The position numbers and the translations under genes were made by a program. Below the pieces are notes generated by a model, which was not told the DNA's origin, ran no database searches, and was given only the letters and a program-made list of their open reading frames with translations. Positions 1 through 9,352 of a stretch of DNA of 64,000 nucleotides are shown here, piece after piece. The stretch covers positions 6,078 to 70,077 of the forward strand of contig JAZNCN010000021.1 of assembly GCA_045587545.1 (NCBI GenBank), read 5' to 3'. The stretch's first letter is position 1, and each line of letters starts with the position of its first letter. This DNA is from Candidatus Caccoplasma sp. (GTDB lineage Bacteria; Bacteroidota; Bacteroidia; Bacteroidales; G3-4614).

Positions 1-2592
1 TATGGCAAAGGTTGTCATGGCATCGTCGCGTAGAGCTTCGTAATCGGAATTTGAGACGTGTAACTCAACCATTGAGTTTACCGACTCTGATATCATATTC
101 ATAATATCTATTCCTATTCGCTCTCCCATTAATGCGTGACGGCGTTTTGAATATATCAACTCGCGTTGTGAGTTCATTACATCGTCATACTCCAACAGAC
201 GTTTACGTATTCCGAAGTTATTCTCCTCTACTTTGCGTTGAGCCTTCTCTATTGAGCGCGATACCATACTATGCTCAATCATCTCGCCCTCTTCAAAGCC
301 TAAACGGTCCATTACCTTAACAATACGGTCAGATGAGAATAGGCGCATCAAGTTGTCTTCTAACGACACAAAGAATACTGATGAACCCGGGTCGCCCTGA
401 CGTCCTGAACGTCCGCGCAACTGACGATCGACACGGCGTGACTCGTGACGCTCTGTTCCTATTATGGCAAGTCCGCCTGCCTCTTTTACTGCTTCTGATA
501 ACTTAATGTCGGTTCCACGACCTGCCATGTTGGTTGCTATGGTTACGGTTCCGCGTTGTCCTGCTTGTGCCACAATATCTGCCTCTTTTTGGTGTAGCTT
601 GGCATTCAATACGTTATGTTCAATACGACGTAGCTTCAACATCTTACTTAACAACTCTGAAATCTCTACCGAAGTTGTTCCCACCAATACAGGACGCCCA
701 GCCTCTACAAGCCTAACTATCTCCTCTATTACGGCATTGTACTTTTCGCGTTTGGTTTTGTAAACGCGGTCATTCATGTCGTTACGTAGTATTGGTTTGT
801 TTGTAGGGATTGTTATTACATCTAATTTGTAGATATCCCAAAACTCTCCCGCTTCTGTCTCGGCTGTTCCTGTCATACCTGCAAGTTTATGATACATACG
901 GAAGTAGTTTTGCAGGGTTATGGTTGCAAAGGTTTGTGTTGCTGCCTCAACGGTTACTCGCTCTTTTGCCTCAATAGCCTGATGCAAACCGTCTGAGTAA
1001 CGACGACCTTCCATTATACGACCTGTCTGTTCATCAACAATCTTAACTTTATTGTCTATTACGACATACTCCTCGTCTTTATTGAATAGTGCATATGCTT
1101 TCAATAACTGATGTACAGTATGGGTACGTTCTTGTTTTATGGCATAGTCTTGTAATAGCGCATCTTTTTTTGCTTGCTTCTCTTCGGGAGAGATAGCTTC
1201 GTTCTCCAACTCCGATAGTTGTGCGCCTATATCGGGCAACACAAAGAAATTGGGGTCGTCCATATTTTTAGAGATTATATCCAATCCCTTGTCGGTCAAA
1301 TCAACGCTATTGTTTTTCTCATCTATTACAAAGTATAAGGGGTCTGTTACTATATGCATTTGACGGTTATTCTCTTGCATATAGAATGCCTCTGTCTCCA
1401 ACATCAATGCTTTTACGCCCGGCTCACTTAAGAACTTAATCAACGGATTGTTTTTGGGTAATCCTTTAAAGCATCGGAATAAAAGCAATGCTCCCTCGCG
1501 ACGAACCTCTTTGTCGTCTGATGCTATTTTTTTACGTGCATCGGCGAGTAGTTGTGTTGCCAATGCCCTTTGTGCACGATACAACTCCTCTACTTTAGGA
1601 CAAAATTGCTCAAATAGTTGGTCTTCGCCTTTTGGTACAGGTCCCGATATAATCAATGGGGTACGTGCATCGTCAATCAATACCGAGTCAACCTCATCAA
1701 CAATTGCATAGTTGTGCGAACGTTGTACCAAATCTTTTGGCGATATTGCCATATTGTCGCGAAGATAGTCAAAACCAAACTCATTGTTTGTACCAAAAGT
1801 AATATCGGCATTGTATGCTTTACGACGTGCATCTGAATTGGGTTGGTGCTTATCGATACAATCTACTGATAATCCGTGGAACATATATAGGGGTCCCATC
1901 CACTCAGAGTCTCGTTTTGCCAAATAGTCGTTGACGGTTACAACGTGTACTCCGTTTCGTGTCAAGGCATTTAGGAATACCGGTAATGTTGCTACCAATG
2001 TTTTTCCCTCTCCTGTTGCCATCTCGGCAATTTTTCCTTTATGGAGTACTACTCCTCCGAATAGCTGAACATCGTAGTGAACCATATCCCATTTTATCTC
2101 ATTGCCTCCGGCAATCCAATGGTTTTGGTATATTGCTTTGTCGTCCTCAATACGTACAAAATCGCGACCTTCGGCGGCTAAACCTCGATCAAAATCATTT
2201 GCTGTCACCACAACTTCTTCATTCTCCGCAAATCGGCGAGCTGTCTCTTTTACTATTGCATAGACAAGAGGCATTACCTCGTTTAATTTATCTTCGTATT
2301 TGTCAAGTATGCCCTTCTCTAATTTATCTATTTCACTCCATAATCCCTCTCGTTTATCATATGGGAGCGACTCTACTTCTGCTTTTAACTCTGCTATACG
2401 CTCTTTATCTGCGACAACAGCATCTTGTATTGCTTGTTTTACTTCATCTATTTTTGCTCGAAGCTCGTCGTTGGTGAGCGAAATTACTGTTTCATATGTT
2501 TTTTTTACTGTTTCTACAAATGGCTGAATCTCTCGCATATCGCGTTGCGATTTGTTTCCGAACAGTTTTTTTAGTATATCGTTAAGTGTCAT
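1..2592 (-). CDS. secA: Preprotein translocase ATPase SecA (N-terminal ~864 codons; the 3' end runs off the left edge)
   Basis: Absent from the ORF track because it has no stop inside the window. The reverse complement from 2592 reads ATG ACA CTT AAC GAT... = [31 protein letters not shown]. The in-frame reverse complement of ~380-429 reads [17 protein letters not shown], the canonical SecA motif. Only short + strand ORFs overlap it. Confidence 0.9.
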   Translation of the reverse strand, partial: MTLNDILKKLFGNKSQRDMREIQPFVETVKKTYETVISLTNDELRAKIDEVKQAIQDAVVADKERIAELKAEVESLPYDKREGLWSEIDKLEKGILDKYEDKLNEVMPLVYAIVKETARRFAENEEVVVTANDFDRGLAAEGRDFVRIEDDKAIYQNHWIAGGNEIKWDMVHYDVQLFGGVVLHKGKIAEMATGEGKTLVATLPVFLNALTRNGVHVVTVNDYLAKRDSEWMGPLYMFHGLSVDCIDKHQPNSDARRKAYNADITFGTNNEFGFDYLRDNMAISPKDLVQRSHNYAIVDEVDSVLIDDARTPLIISGPVPKGEDQLFEQFCPKVEELYRAQRALATQLLADARKKIASDDKEVRREGALLLFRCFKGLPKNNPLIKFLSEPGVKALMLETEAFYMQENNRQMHIVTDPLYFVIDEKNNSVDLTDKGLDIISKNMDDPNFFVLPDIGAQLSELENEAISPEEKQAKKDALLQDYAIKQERTHTVHQLLKAYALFNKDEEYVVIDNKVKIVDEQTGRIMEGRRYSDGLHQAIEAKERVTVEAATQTFATITLQNYFRMYHKLAGMTGTAETEAGEFWDIYKLDVITIPTNKPILRNDMNDRVYKTKREKYNAVIEEIVRLVEAGRPVLVGTTSVEISELLSKMLKLRRIEHNVLNAKLHQKEADIVAQAGQRGTVTIATNMAGRGTDIKLSEAVKEAGGLAIIGTERHESRRVDRQLRGRSGRQGDPGSSVFFVSLEDNLMRLFSSDRIVKVMDRLGFEEGEMIEHSMVSRSIEKAQRKVEENNFGIRKRLLEYDDVMNSQRELIYSKRRHALMGERIGIDIMNMISESVNSMVELHVSNSDYEALRDDAMTTFAI

Positions 2593-2620
2593 TATTTTTA
2601 GTATTTATATGTTTTTATTA

Positions 2621-4207
2621 TTATTTCTGCAATATTATAGGATAAGCCTTTGCCGCGCTTGGGGCTCTAATTCGTATTGCTCTACATACGGTAGGTGCAA
2701 TCTCTGTTGCATCAATAGGCTGCGATACTCTCTTTGGTTCAACGTTTTTACCAAAGAATATAAGTGTTGCAGGTATAGCGTTGTATTGTATATATTCGTT
2801 TTCTTTTTTATCTTCTTCGTAATTTATTTCCCAGCCCGGTTTTATTTCAAGTACTATATCTCCCGAATTAACCCTGTGATATCTGCGTCTTTGTGGTGCT
2901 ACTGCATCTATCTCTCCATGTAATATTTGGTATGAAGTTAGGGCATCTTGTACTCCTTCCATTTGCGAAAGGAACTCAGCACAATTTAGCAAAAACTCGT
3001 CATAATCAAGCTCTTTTTTCTTTATTAACTCGCGGTTAAGATATATCTGCTTATCGTGATATCCCAAAATCCACTCTTCATGACCATACAATGCCATTAA
3101 ATAATAGTTCAACAGTGCTGTTGCCTTTTTGGGATAGAACTCTCCCGTTGGGATACCATACAAACCATAAGGACGAGCTTCAAATTGAGTATAACCTGTT
3201 GATGTTATATATATTAAAGCATTATCTAATCCTACCGCTTTATCAATACAAAGGAGTAATTTCTTTATCTCTTGATCTAATCTTATATAGGTATCTTGTA
3301 ACTCTGCTCCATAATCGCGCACATTACGCCCCAAATAATTACCGGCATAGTAACCTATATTTATCATATCGGGAACTTCTCCTTTTCCCAATTTGCCCTT
3401 GTTTATTATTGCACATGCAACGGTGGTAATTTCGCTGTTTATTAGTGGCGAATGTTTTATGTTTGCATATTTATCGCCCTTCTCAAAGAAGTATTTAAAC
3501 GAGAAATCGGGCAAATTGTAGGGTATTCCTGTATATTCAAACGGACGTAACAATGGCGACCATACCATTTTGTCAATTCTTGAGTCTAATCCGTTTTTTA
3601 TATTTATCTCTGTTACAAAGGGTGGTAACTCTTTATAGAAGGTTGTTGTTGCCCATTTGCCACTCTCTTCGCTTAGCCAAAATGCAGTATTACCTGCATG
3701 ACCCGACATTATTATTGCCATATCGGCTTCGGGTGCTACTGAATATATTCGAGCCTTTCCTGATGTTGCAGACTTCAACTCATCGGCTATAGTTGATACT
3801 GCAAGCGTTTTAGGCGACAGGGTCTCTGATGTAAAGTTTCCTAACTGATGCTTGTCATATAGGATATTATACTCTTTGCGCTCCTCCCTGTTAAAGCGGG
3901 TTAACGATGTTATGGCGTGTGTAGATGGGTATGTTCCGGTATATATTGTTGCTACCGACGAAGCTCTGTTTAAATCGGTATAGCCATAATCTATATTGTC
4001 AAAAACGGCTCCTTCTGACATAATGCGTTTAAATCCATCTTCTTCAAAGAGATGTTGCATCATATCTATATAATCAGTACGAAGCTGGTCAATTGTTATT
4101 CCTACCACCAATTTGGGCACATCATTGCTCCTCTCCTGCGACTGCATAGAGGTTGATAATATCAATAATATCAGCGGTGTTAAAAATCTATTCATATTGA
4201 CCTTCAA
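2621..4207 (-). CDS. Secreted alkaline-phosphatase-superfamily protein (nucleotide pyrophosphatase/phosphodiesterase-like)
   Basis: 528-aa ORF with a signal-like N-terminus (MNRFLTPLILLILSTSMQSQ). This is followed by VVGITIDQLRTDY, which resembles the metal-ligand region of AlkP-superfamily enzymes. Its start overlaps the stop of the upstream gene by 20 nt. Confidence 0.6.
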   Translation of the reverse strand: MKVNMNRFLTPLILLILSTSMQSQERSNDVPKLVVGITIDQLRTDYIDMMQHLFEEDGFKRIMSEGAVFDNIDYGYTDLNRASSVATIYTGTYPSTHAITSLTRFNREERKEYNILYDKHQLGNFTSETLSPKTLAVSTIADELKSATSGKARIYSVAPEADMAIIMSGHAGNTAFWLSEESGKWATTTFYKELPPFVTEINIKNGLDSRIDKMVWSPLLRPFEYTGIPYNLPDFSFKYFFEKGDKYANIKHSPLINSEITTVACAIINKGKLGKGEVPDMINIGYYAGNYLGRNVRDYGAELQDTYIRLDQEIKKLLLCIDKAVGLDNALIYITSTGYTQFEARPYGLYGIPTGEFYPKKATALLNYYLMALYGHEEWILGYHDKQIYLNRELIKKKELDYDEFLLNCAEFLSQMEGVQDALTSYQILHGEIDAVAPQRRRYHRVNSGDIVLEIKPGWEINYEEDKKENEYIQYNAIPATLIFFGKNVEPKRVSQPIDATEIAPTVCRAIRIRAPSAAKAYPIILQK

Positions 4208-5453
4208 TCTTATTTTGTCGTTTTTTTATTACCTCTACTATAATATAAGTTATTGACCTTACAAATGATATAATAATCAGAGGTATAAATGCAACATTTA
4301 TATTCTGTTTTATAAAAAACATGATAGTTGCAAACATCATTAAGAGTACAAAGTTAATAAAATGATAGCAATATAGAAATTTTTTGCCTTTTTGCGTCCA
4401 TATTAATGGCAAAATCAATAACCAAATCGGTTGTAGCCAAAAGGCATTGTAATTAGCTGAGACAGCCGGGTGGTCTGAAAAAAAGAGAAGGAAATAGATA
4501 ACTACTCCTAACATTCCTAAAAGGATAGCTACGATTGTGTCTAATATTCTATTATGCTTTACTTTTTTTATTTCAAAAAGAGATATAACAATAACTACTA
4601 TAAGTAACAGTGTTGTTGTAAATAGCGGTGTGAATATTTTAAAATTATCAGACCCTGCCTCCATCTCCCGCGCCTTTAAAATCTCAATGGGAGGTGCTAC
4701 GGCTAATGCTCTGAGAGTATCATTGTTCTCTCCTTTAATTTTTACACCGGCAAATATTTTCTCGGTTATGCGAGGCAAAAAAGGCTTGTCAGGTATCTCA
4801 ATATGAGAGTCTGTCTCTCCATCAAGCAACATATCTATTCCAAATGTTGTCCAACTATCTTCTCCTGTGCTTTCGTGTATTAAACCTCGATATGTAGGCA
4901 ATGTTTCAGTCTCTTCTTTGGTGTTTATAACCAACTCTCCTTCAATATTACGAAATATTATCTCTAACGGACGTGTTGCACAATTATCATACAGGAATGA
5001 GTAACGATATGTTTGATTTTCGGGTCGTAAATTTTCGCAAAGAGCATTAAACAACGAATTTGCCTCTCGGTTAGTCAGATTTAATTGTAACTCTCTAACG
5101 CTACTACCTCTTATGGCATACATCAGCATAAAATCGTAGTAACTCATTGCCCCAATCATATAGTTTGTTTCCCCCTTTATAAACCTATATATAAAGTTTG
5201 GTTCGTCAAAAGAGAATAAACCATAATGATATACGGCATCAAATTTTTTTGAAGGTACAGATATTCTTATTCCTGTATGTCCGAACTTTTCATATATATT
5301 TTCACCTTTTGAGACTGTAAGTAATGATACAGAGAGGGTATCGTCTGGTGCGAATATACTTTTATGCCTCAACGCATTTATTGATAATACATTAGAAAAG
5401 ACAAAAAGTATAATTATTATATATCTGATTTCTCTTCTGAACATTTTATACAT
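4188..5453 (-). CDS. DUF4105 / Lnb-like membrane protein (candidate Bacteroidota lipoprotein N-acyltransferase)
   Basis: 421 aa. It has an N-terminal anchor and a periplasmic domain with the FGHTGIRI motif that I associate with DUF4105 (the Lnb N-terminal domain). A C-terminal block of several hydrophobic helices spans residues ~275-405. The family assignment is from memory only. Confidence 0.55.
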   Translation of the reverse strand: MYKMFRREIRYIIIILFVFSNVLSINALRHKSIFAPDDTLSVSLLTVSKGENIYEKFGHTGIRISVPSKKFDAVYHYGLFSFDEPNFIYRFIKGETNYMIGAMSYYDFMLMYAIRGSSVRELQLNLTNREANSLFNALCENLRPENQTYRYSFLYDNCATRPLEIIFRNIEGELVINTKEETETLPTYRGLIHESTGEDSWTTFGIDMLLDGETDSHIEIPDKPFLPRITEKIFAGVKIKGENNDTLRALAVAPPIEILKAREMEAGSDNFKIFTPLFTTTLLLIVVIVISLFEIKKVKHNRILDTIVAILLGMLGVVIYFLLFFSDHPAVSANYNAFWLQPIWLLILPLIWTQKGKKFLYCYHFINFVLLMMFATIMFFIKQNINVAFIPLIIISFVRSITYIIVEVIKKRQNKIEGQYE

Positions 5454-5458
5454 TGAGT

Positions 5459-6679
5459 TTACTTATGATTTACTTTTCTATTATCAACACCTGATGCTCT
5501 TTGGAAAGGTTTCAAATCAAATTCATACATCATCACTATTACATGATCCATTACATCTGATGCAAAGTTTTCGTAATATACCCAATCTTTGTTTGCACTG
5601 AAAAAGTACAATTCAAATGGCATTCCCTCTGATGTTGGGGCTAAATAACGTACCATTTTTGTGGCATCTTTTGCCGTATCAGACAAATTCTTTATGTAAT
5701 CCTCTATATATACTCTAAAAAGTTTAAGATTGGTTATGCCTCCACGCTCTTCATCTGTTGAAGTTCTGTTTACTACATACTTTGCAATTACTTTATATTT
5801 TGATGATAATCTTTCAATCATCTCTGCCGAAGCAAATTCAATACTATATAAATCAATATCTATTGCTCGTTTTATTCTTCTGCCCGATGATTCACTCATA
5901 CCCCTCCAATTTTGGAAAGAGTCGTTTATTAATGTTACAGGCGGAATTGTTGTTATTGTGTTATCAAAGTTTCGGACTTTAACGGTATTTAGTGTTACCT
6001 CAATAACATCTCCATCAATATTTTTACCTGGTACAGTTATCCAATCACCGGGACGAAGCATATCGTTATATGATAACTGAATTCCCGCTATCAATCCTAT
6101 AAACGAGTCCTTGAATATTAATGTAAGAATTGCTGCCGATGCACCTAATCCTGCAATTAAAGCCCCTATCGGTTTATCAATCATTACAGCTATCATTATC
6201 AATATTCCAATAAATATCATCAAAATCTGTATTACTTGGAATATTCCTTTGAGTGAACGGTCTTTAAATCGTTCACTTGACGAAACGACATCGTATGTAA
6301 CCGATATTACACCTGAAAGGGTTCGCATTACCTCGGCAATTATATATAGTATGCTAAGTTTCGCCAAGAAAGCATAAATGATTATTTCAGAGGGAATAAC
6401 CGATGGTAAAAGCAGATATACGATTACGGCAGGTACTATATTTGAAATTCTATTGGGTAATTTCCTTTCAAATAACATATCGTCCCATCTAACGGGACTT
6501 TTTTTAGCTAAAAGCCTTAAGGGTTTGTTTATAATCCATCTGAAAAGGAAAGTACTTGCAACTGCTAATATCACAACAAACAATCCCATTATCACTCGGG
6601 TTATAATCTCTTGATTCAAGGGTGTGATATCATATGTTGATATATAATTACGGATAAACTCCAATATATTATTTACCAT
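5459..6679 (-). CDS. Mechanosensitive ion channel family protein (MscS-like)
   Basis: 406 aa. Multiple N-terminal TM helices are followed by GDWITVPGKNIDGDVIEVTLNTVKVRNFDNTITTIPP, the MscS beta-domain signature. Confidence 0.8.
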   Translation of the reverse strand: MVNNILEFIRNYISTYDITPLNQEIITRVIMGLFVVILAVASTFLFRWIINKPLRLLAKKSPVRWDDMLFERKLPNRISNIVPAVIVYLLLPSVIPSEIIIYAFLAKLSILYIIAEVMRTLSGVISVTYDVVSSSERFKDRSLKGIFQVIQILMIFIGILIMIAVMIDKPIGALIAGLGASAAILTLIFKDSFIGLIAGIQLSYNDMLRPGDWITVPGKNIDGDVIEVTLNTVKVRNFDNTITTIPPVTLINDSFQNWRGMSESSGRRIKRAIDIDLYSIEFASAEMIERLSSKYKVIAKYVVNRTSTDEERGGITNLKLFRVYIEDYIKNLSDTAKDATKMVRYLAPTSEGMPFELYFFSANKDWVYYENFASDVMDHVIVMMYEFDLKPFQRASGVDNRKVNHK

Positions 6680-6688
6680 TTGTTATAT

Positions 6689-7081
6689 CTATTTTTTTAT
6701 TTCTGATAATTTAAATATCTGCTCCATCATCTGCCACTTCTCTGTTGAAGATGCACCTTCGGGAGCTTTTTGGAACTCGCCTACGAAAGCCTCCCAATCA
6801 GACTGACCCGGCATTTTAGCTAACTTACCAAACGCCTCGTCCCAATTAAAATCAACAGGTGCTTCAACTATCATAAACAAGCGTGTTCCTAATATGTATA
6901 TCTCCATATCATATATGCCTATTGAACGTAATCCTTGCGGAACAATATCCCATATATTCTCGGCTTGATGATACTTTTTATACAATGCTATCTTTTCAGG
7001 GTCGTTTACAAGGTCTAAAGTCTGACAATATCTTTTTGTTACTTTATTCTCATTATTCTCAATATATCCTATCTTTTCCAT
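6689..7081 (-). CDS. L-rhamnose mutarotase-like protein (DUF718 family)
   Basis: 130 aa. YCQTLDLVNDPEKIALYKKYH...IWDIVPQGLRSIGIYDMEIY fits the RhaM-type alpha/beta-barrel family pattern. Confidence 0.65.
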   Translation of the reverse strand: MEKIGYIENNENKVTKRYCQTLDLVNDPEKIALYKKYHQAENIWDIVPQGLRSIGIYDMEIYILGTRLFMIVEAPVDFNWDEAFGKLAKMPGQSDWEAFVGEFQKAPEGASSTEKWQMMEQIFKLSEIKK

Positions 7082-7154
7082 ATATTATTTATTTTTAGTT
7101 TTGAATGCGAAGTTAGCACTTTATTTATAATTAATACTTTTTTATATAGCAATT

Positions 7155-7367
7155 CTAACTCATTGGCATATTATATACATAATACGACATATATATTATT
7201 AAAGCTCCAACTACTCCATAAAAAATACGTGTGCCATTACGTCCAAAGAGTTTTATAAAAAATCGCACATTCTCGCTTGTAAAAAACCAATTGAAGTTAA
7301 ACAGACTTGCAACAATTGACAAAACTCCCAATATAAAAAAAAGTACTGAAGCTAATGTATTAAGCAT
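7155..7367 (-). CDS. Small two-TM membrane protein, Imm17-like
   Basis: 70 aa with two hydrophobic helices. LFNFNWFFTSENVRFF...GRNGTRIFYGVVG resembles the NW.WFF / R.FY pattern I recall for immunity-17 family proteins. Its ATG lies 1 nt after the tsaE stop, which suggests translational coupling. Confidence 0.4.
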   Translation of the reverse strand: MLNTLASVLFFILGVLSIVASLFNFNWFFTSENVRFFIKLFGRNGTRIFYGVVGALIIYMSYYVYNMPMS

Positions 7368-7368
7368 A

Positions 7369-7797
7369 TTATAATGGTTTACATATTACTCGACGCGCTG
7401 AATTTTCAACCTCTTCAACCGTTACAACAATTGTCTCAGGAGGCAGTAACTCTTCTATCTTTTCACTCCACTCCATAAAACATAATGCACCGCTGTAAAA
7501 ATAATCCTCATATCCAAGGTCGTAAACCTCTTCTATTTTGTTTATACGGTAAAAATCAAAATGATAAACCAACTCTCCTGTTGTATCGGAACGATATTCA
7601 TTTACTATTGCAAATGTTGGGCTATTTACTCCTTCACTTATTCCGAGTTCTTCACACAATGCCTTTATGAATGTTGTTTTTCCGGCTCCCATTTTACCAT
7701 AAAAGGCAAATACGGTTGCATCGCCCATATTACGGATAAACTCTTTGGCCGACTCGTTTATATGTTCTAACGATGGTATATCTATTGTTATATTCAT
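7369..7797 (-). CDS. tsaE: tRNA t6A37 biosynthesis ATPase TsaE
   Basis: 142 aa. The P-loop [12 protein letters not shown] and the [10 protein letters not shown] motif are typical of TsaE/YjeE. Confidence 0.85.
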   Translation of the reverse strand: MNITIDIPSLEHINESAKEFIRNMGDATVFAFYGKMGAGKTTFIKALCEELGISEGVNSPTFAIVNEYRSDTTGELVYHFDFYRINKIEEVYDLGYEDYFYSGALCFMEWSEKIEELLPPETIVVTVEEVENSARRVICKPL

Positions 7798-7802
7798 ATT
7801 CT

Positions 7803-9344
7803 CTATTTTTTTGTTAATGTAACTATGGGTATTATCATCTCCTCCATTGATATGCCTCCGTGTTGAAATGTATCTTTATAATATCCCACATAATAGTTAT
7901 AGTTATTGGGATATGCAAAGAAATCGTTTTCTGTTGCAAATATATAGGTTGAACTTATATTCAGCAGTGGCAAACCATATTTCTCAGGATTCTTTATTTC
8001 ATATACTTGCTTATGATTGTAGTCTAAAGCTTTTCCTACTTTATATCTTAGATTTGTATTGGTATTGCGGTCGCCTATAACTTTTATCGGATTATCAACA
8101 TGTATAGTTCCGTGGTCGGTTGTTAAAACTATTTTATAACCCATATCGGCCATACGTTTCATCAATTCCAATGCAGGCGAATGTTTAAACCACGACTCGG
8201 TTATTGATCGATATGCTGCACTTGTTGATGCTAATTCGCGTATCATTTTTGATTCAGTACGTGCATGAGAAAGCATATCTATAAAGTTTATTACACATAC
8301 ATTCAATTGGTTATTACGCATGTTTGAAACTTTTTGTAAAACTTTCTCGGCATATGCCGAATCGTTTATTTTTGTATATGAAAATGTATAATGCTTTCTG
8401 TATCGCTCAATTTGTGTTTGTATTAATGGCGATTCATTGAGATTCTTTCCCTCTTCTTCATCTTCATCTACCCACAAATCAGGAAACATTTTTGCTATCT
8501 TATCAGGCATAAGCCCTGAAAATATGGCATTTCGGGCATATTGTGTAGCTGTTGGCAAAATGCTGTAATACAGCTCCTCTTCTGAATAGAAATAGTCGTT
8601 CAATAGAGGTTTTATTGTTCTCCATTGGTCAAGTCGGAAATTGTCAATTAAAACGAAGAAAATCTTTTCCCCATTATCCAATGCCGGAAATAGTTTTGTT
8701 TTGAAAACTTCGTTACTCATCATCGGACGAACATCGCCAGTTACCCAACTTTCATAATTTCTTTTTATGAATTTTACAAAAGCTGAATTTGCCTCACTCT
8801 TTTGCATCTCAAGCATGGGCAATAGATCACTTGCCGATTGTTGTAATTCAAGTTCCCAATATACAAGTCGTTTATATACCTCAGCCCAATCGTCTGAGGT
8901 CCTTGCTTCGCCTATTTGCATTGATAGCTTGGTAAACTCTTGTTGGTATGAATGTGTTGCTTTTTCTTGAATTATCTCTTTTCTGTTAAGATTTTTCTTT
9001 ATCGAAAGCAATATTTGATTGGGATTAACCGGTTTTATCAGATAATCAGATATTTTACTGCCAATTGCCTGCTCCATGATATTCTCTTCTTCGCTTTTTG
9101 TTATCATTACAACAGGGATATCGGGATAGTTCTCTTTTATAATACCTAATGTCTCTATTCCGCTTAAACCGGGCATATTCTCATCTAATATTATAAGACT
9201 GAATTGCTCCTTATCACACATATCTATTGCATCGCGTCCATTAGTTACGGTTGTTACTTCGTAACCTTTTTGTTCAAGGAAATATATATGAGGCTTTAGT
9301 AAATCAATCTCATCATCAGCCCAAAGTATAGTGTCTTTTCTCAT
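7803..9344 (-). CDS. porX: T9SS response regulator PorX (receiver + PglZ/alkaline-phosphatase-like domain)
   Basis: The receiver domain ([25 protein letters not shown]...[11 protein letters not shown]) is fused to a C-terminal PglZ-like domain ([17 protein letters not shown]). I place the start at the internal Met (cat at 9342-9344). The track ORF extends to 9401 and would overlap porW by 49 nt. Confidence 0.8.
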   Translation of the reverse strand: MRKDTILWADDEIDLLKPHIYFLEQKGYEVTTVTNGRDAIDMCDKEQFSLIILDENMPGLSGIETLGIIKENYPDIPVVMITKSEEENIMEQAIGSKISDYLIKPVNPNQILLSIKKNLNRKEIIQEKATHSYQQEFTKLSMQIGEARTSDDWAEVYKRLVYWELELQQSASDLLPMLEMQKSEANSAFVKFIKRNYESWVTGDVRPMMSNEVFKTKLFPALDNGEKIFFVLIDNFRLDQWRTIKPLLNDYFYSEEELYYSILPTATQYARNAIFSGLMPDKIAKMFPDLWVDEDEEEGKNLNESPLIQTQIERYRKHYTFSYTKINDSAYAEKVLQKVSNMRNNQLNVCVINFIDMLSHARTESKMIRELASTSAAYRSITESWFKHSPALELMKRMADMGYKIVLTTDHGTIHVDNPIKVIGDRNTNTNLRYKVGKALDYNHKQVYEIKNPEKYGLPLLNISSTYIFATENDFFAYPNNYNYYVGYYKDTFQHGGISMEEMIIPIVTLTKK

Positions 9345-9352
9345 AATTACAT

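Noticed and set aside
1959-2477. 172-aa + strand ORF, plus other short + strand ORFs at 132-2527
   Set aside because: They lie antisense inside secA, whose minus-strand frame is open across the whole region and carries diagnostic SecA motifs. Their translations are low-complexity (Leu/Ser/Pro-rich).
7107-7115. GCGAAGTTA occurring twice (7107-7115 and 43627-43635), initially considered a repeat element
   Set aside because: On the minus strand both read TAACTTCG, 23-34 nt upstream of minus-strand start codons (the rhaM-like gene and dnaX). They are more simply explained as near-consensus -7 promoter boxes (TAnnTTcG) than as a repeat family. They are not listed as features because they deviate from the consensus.
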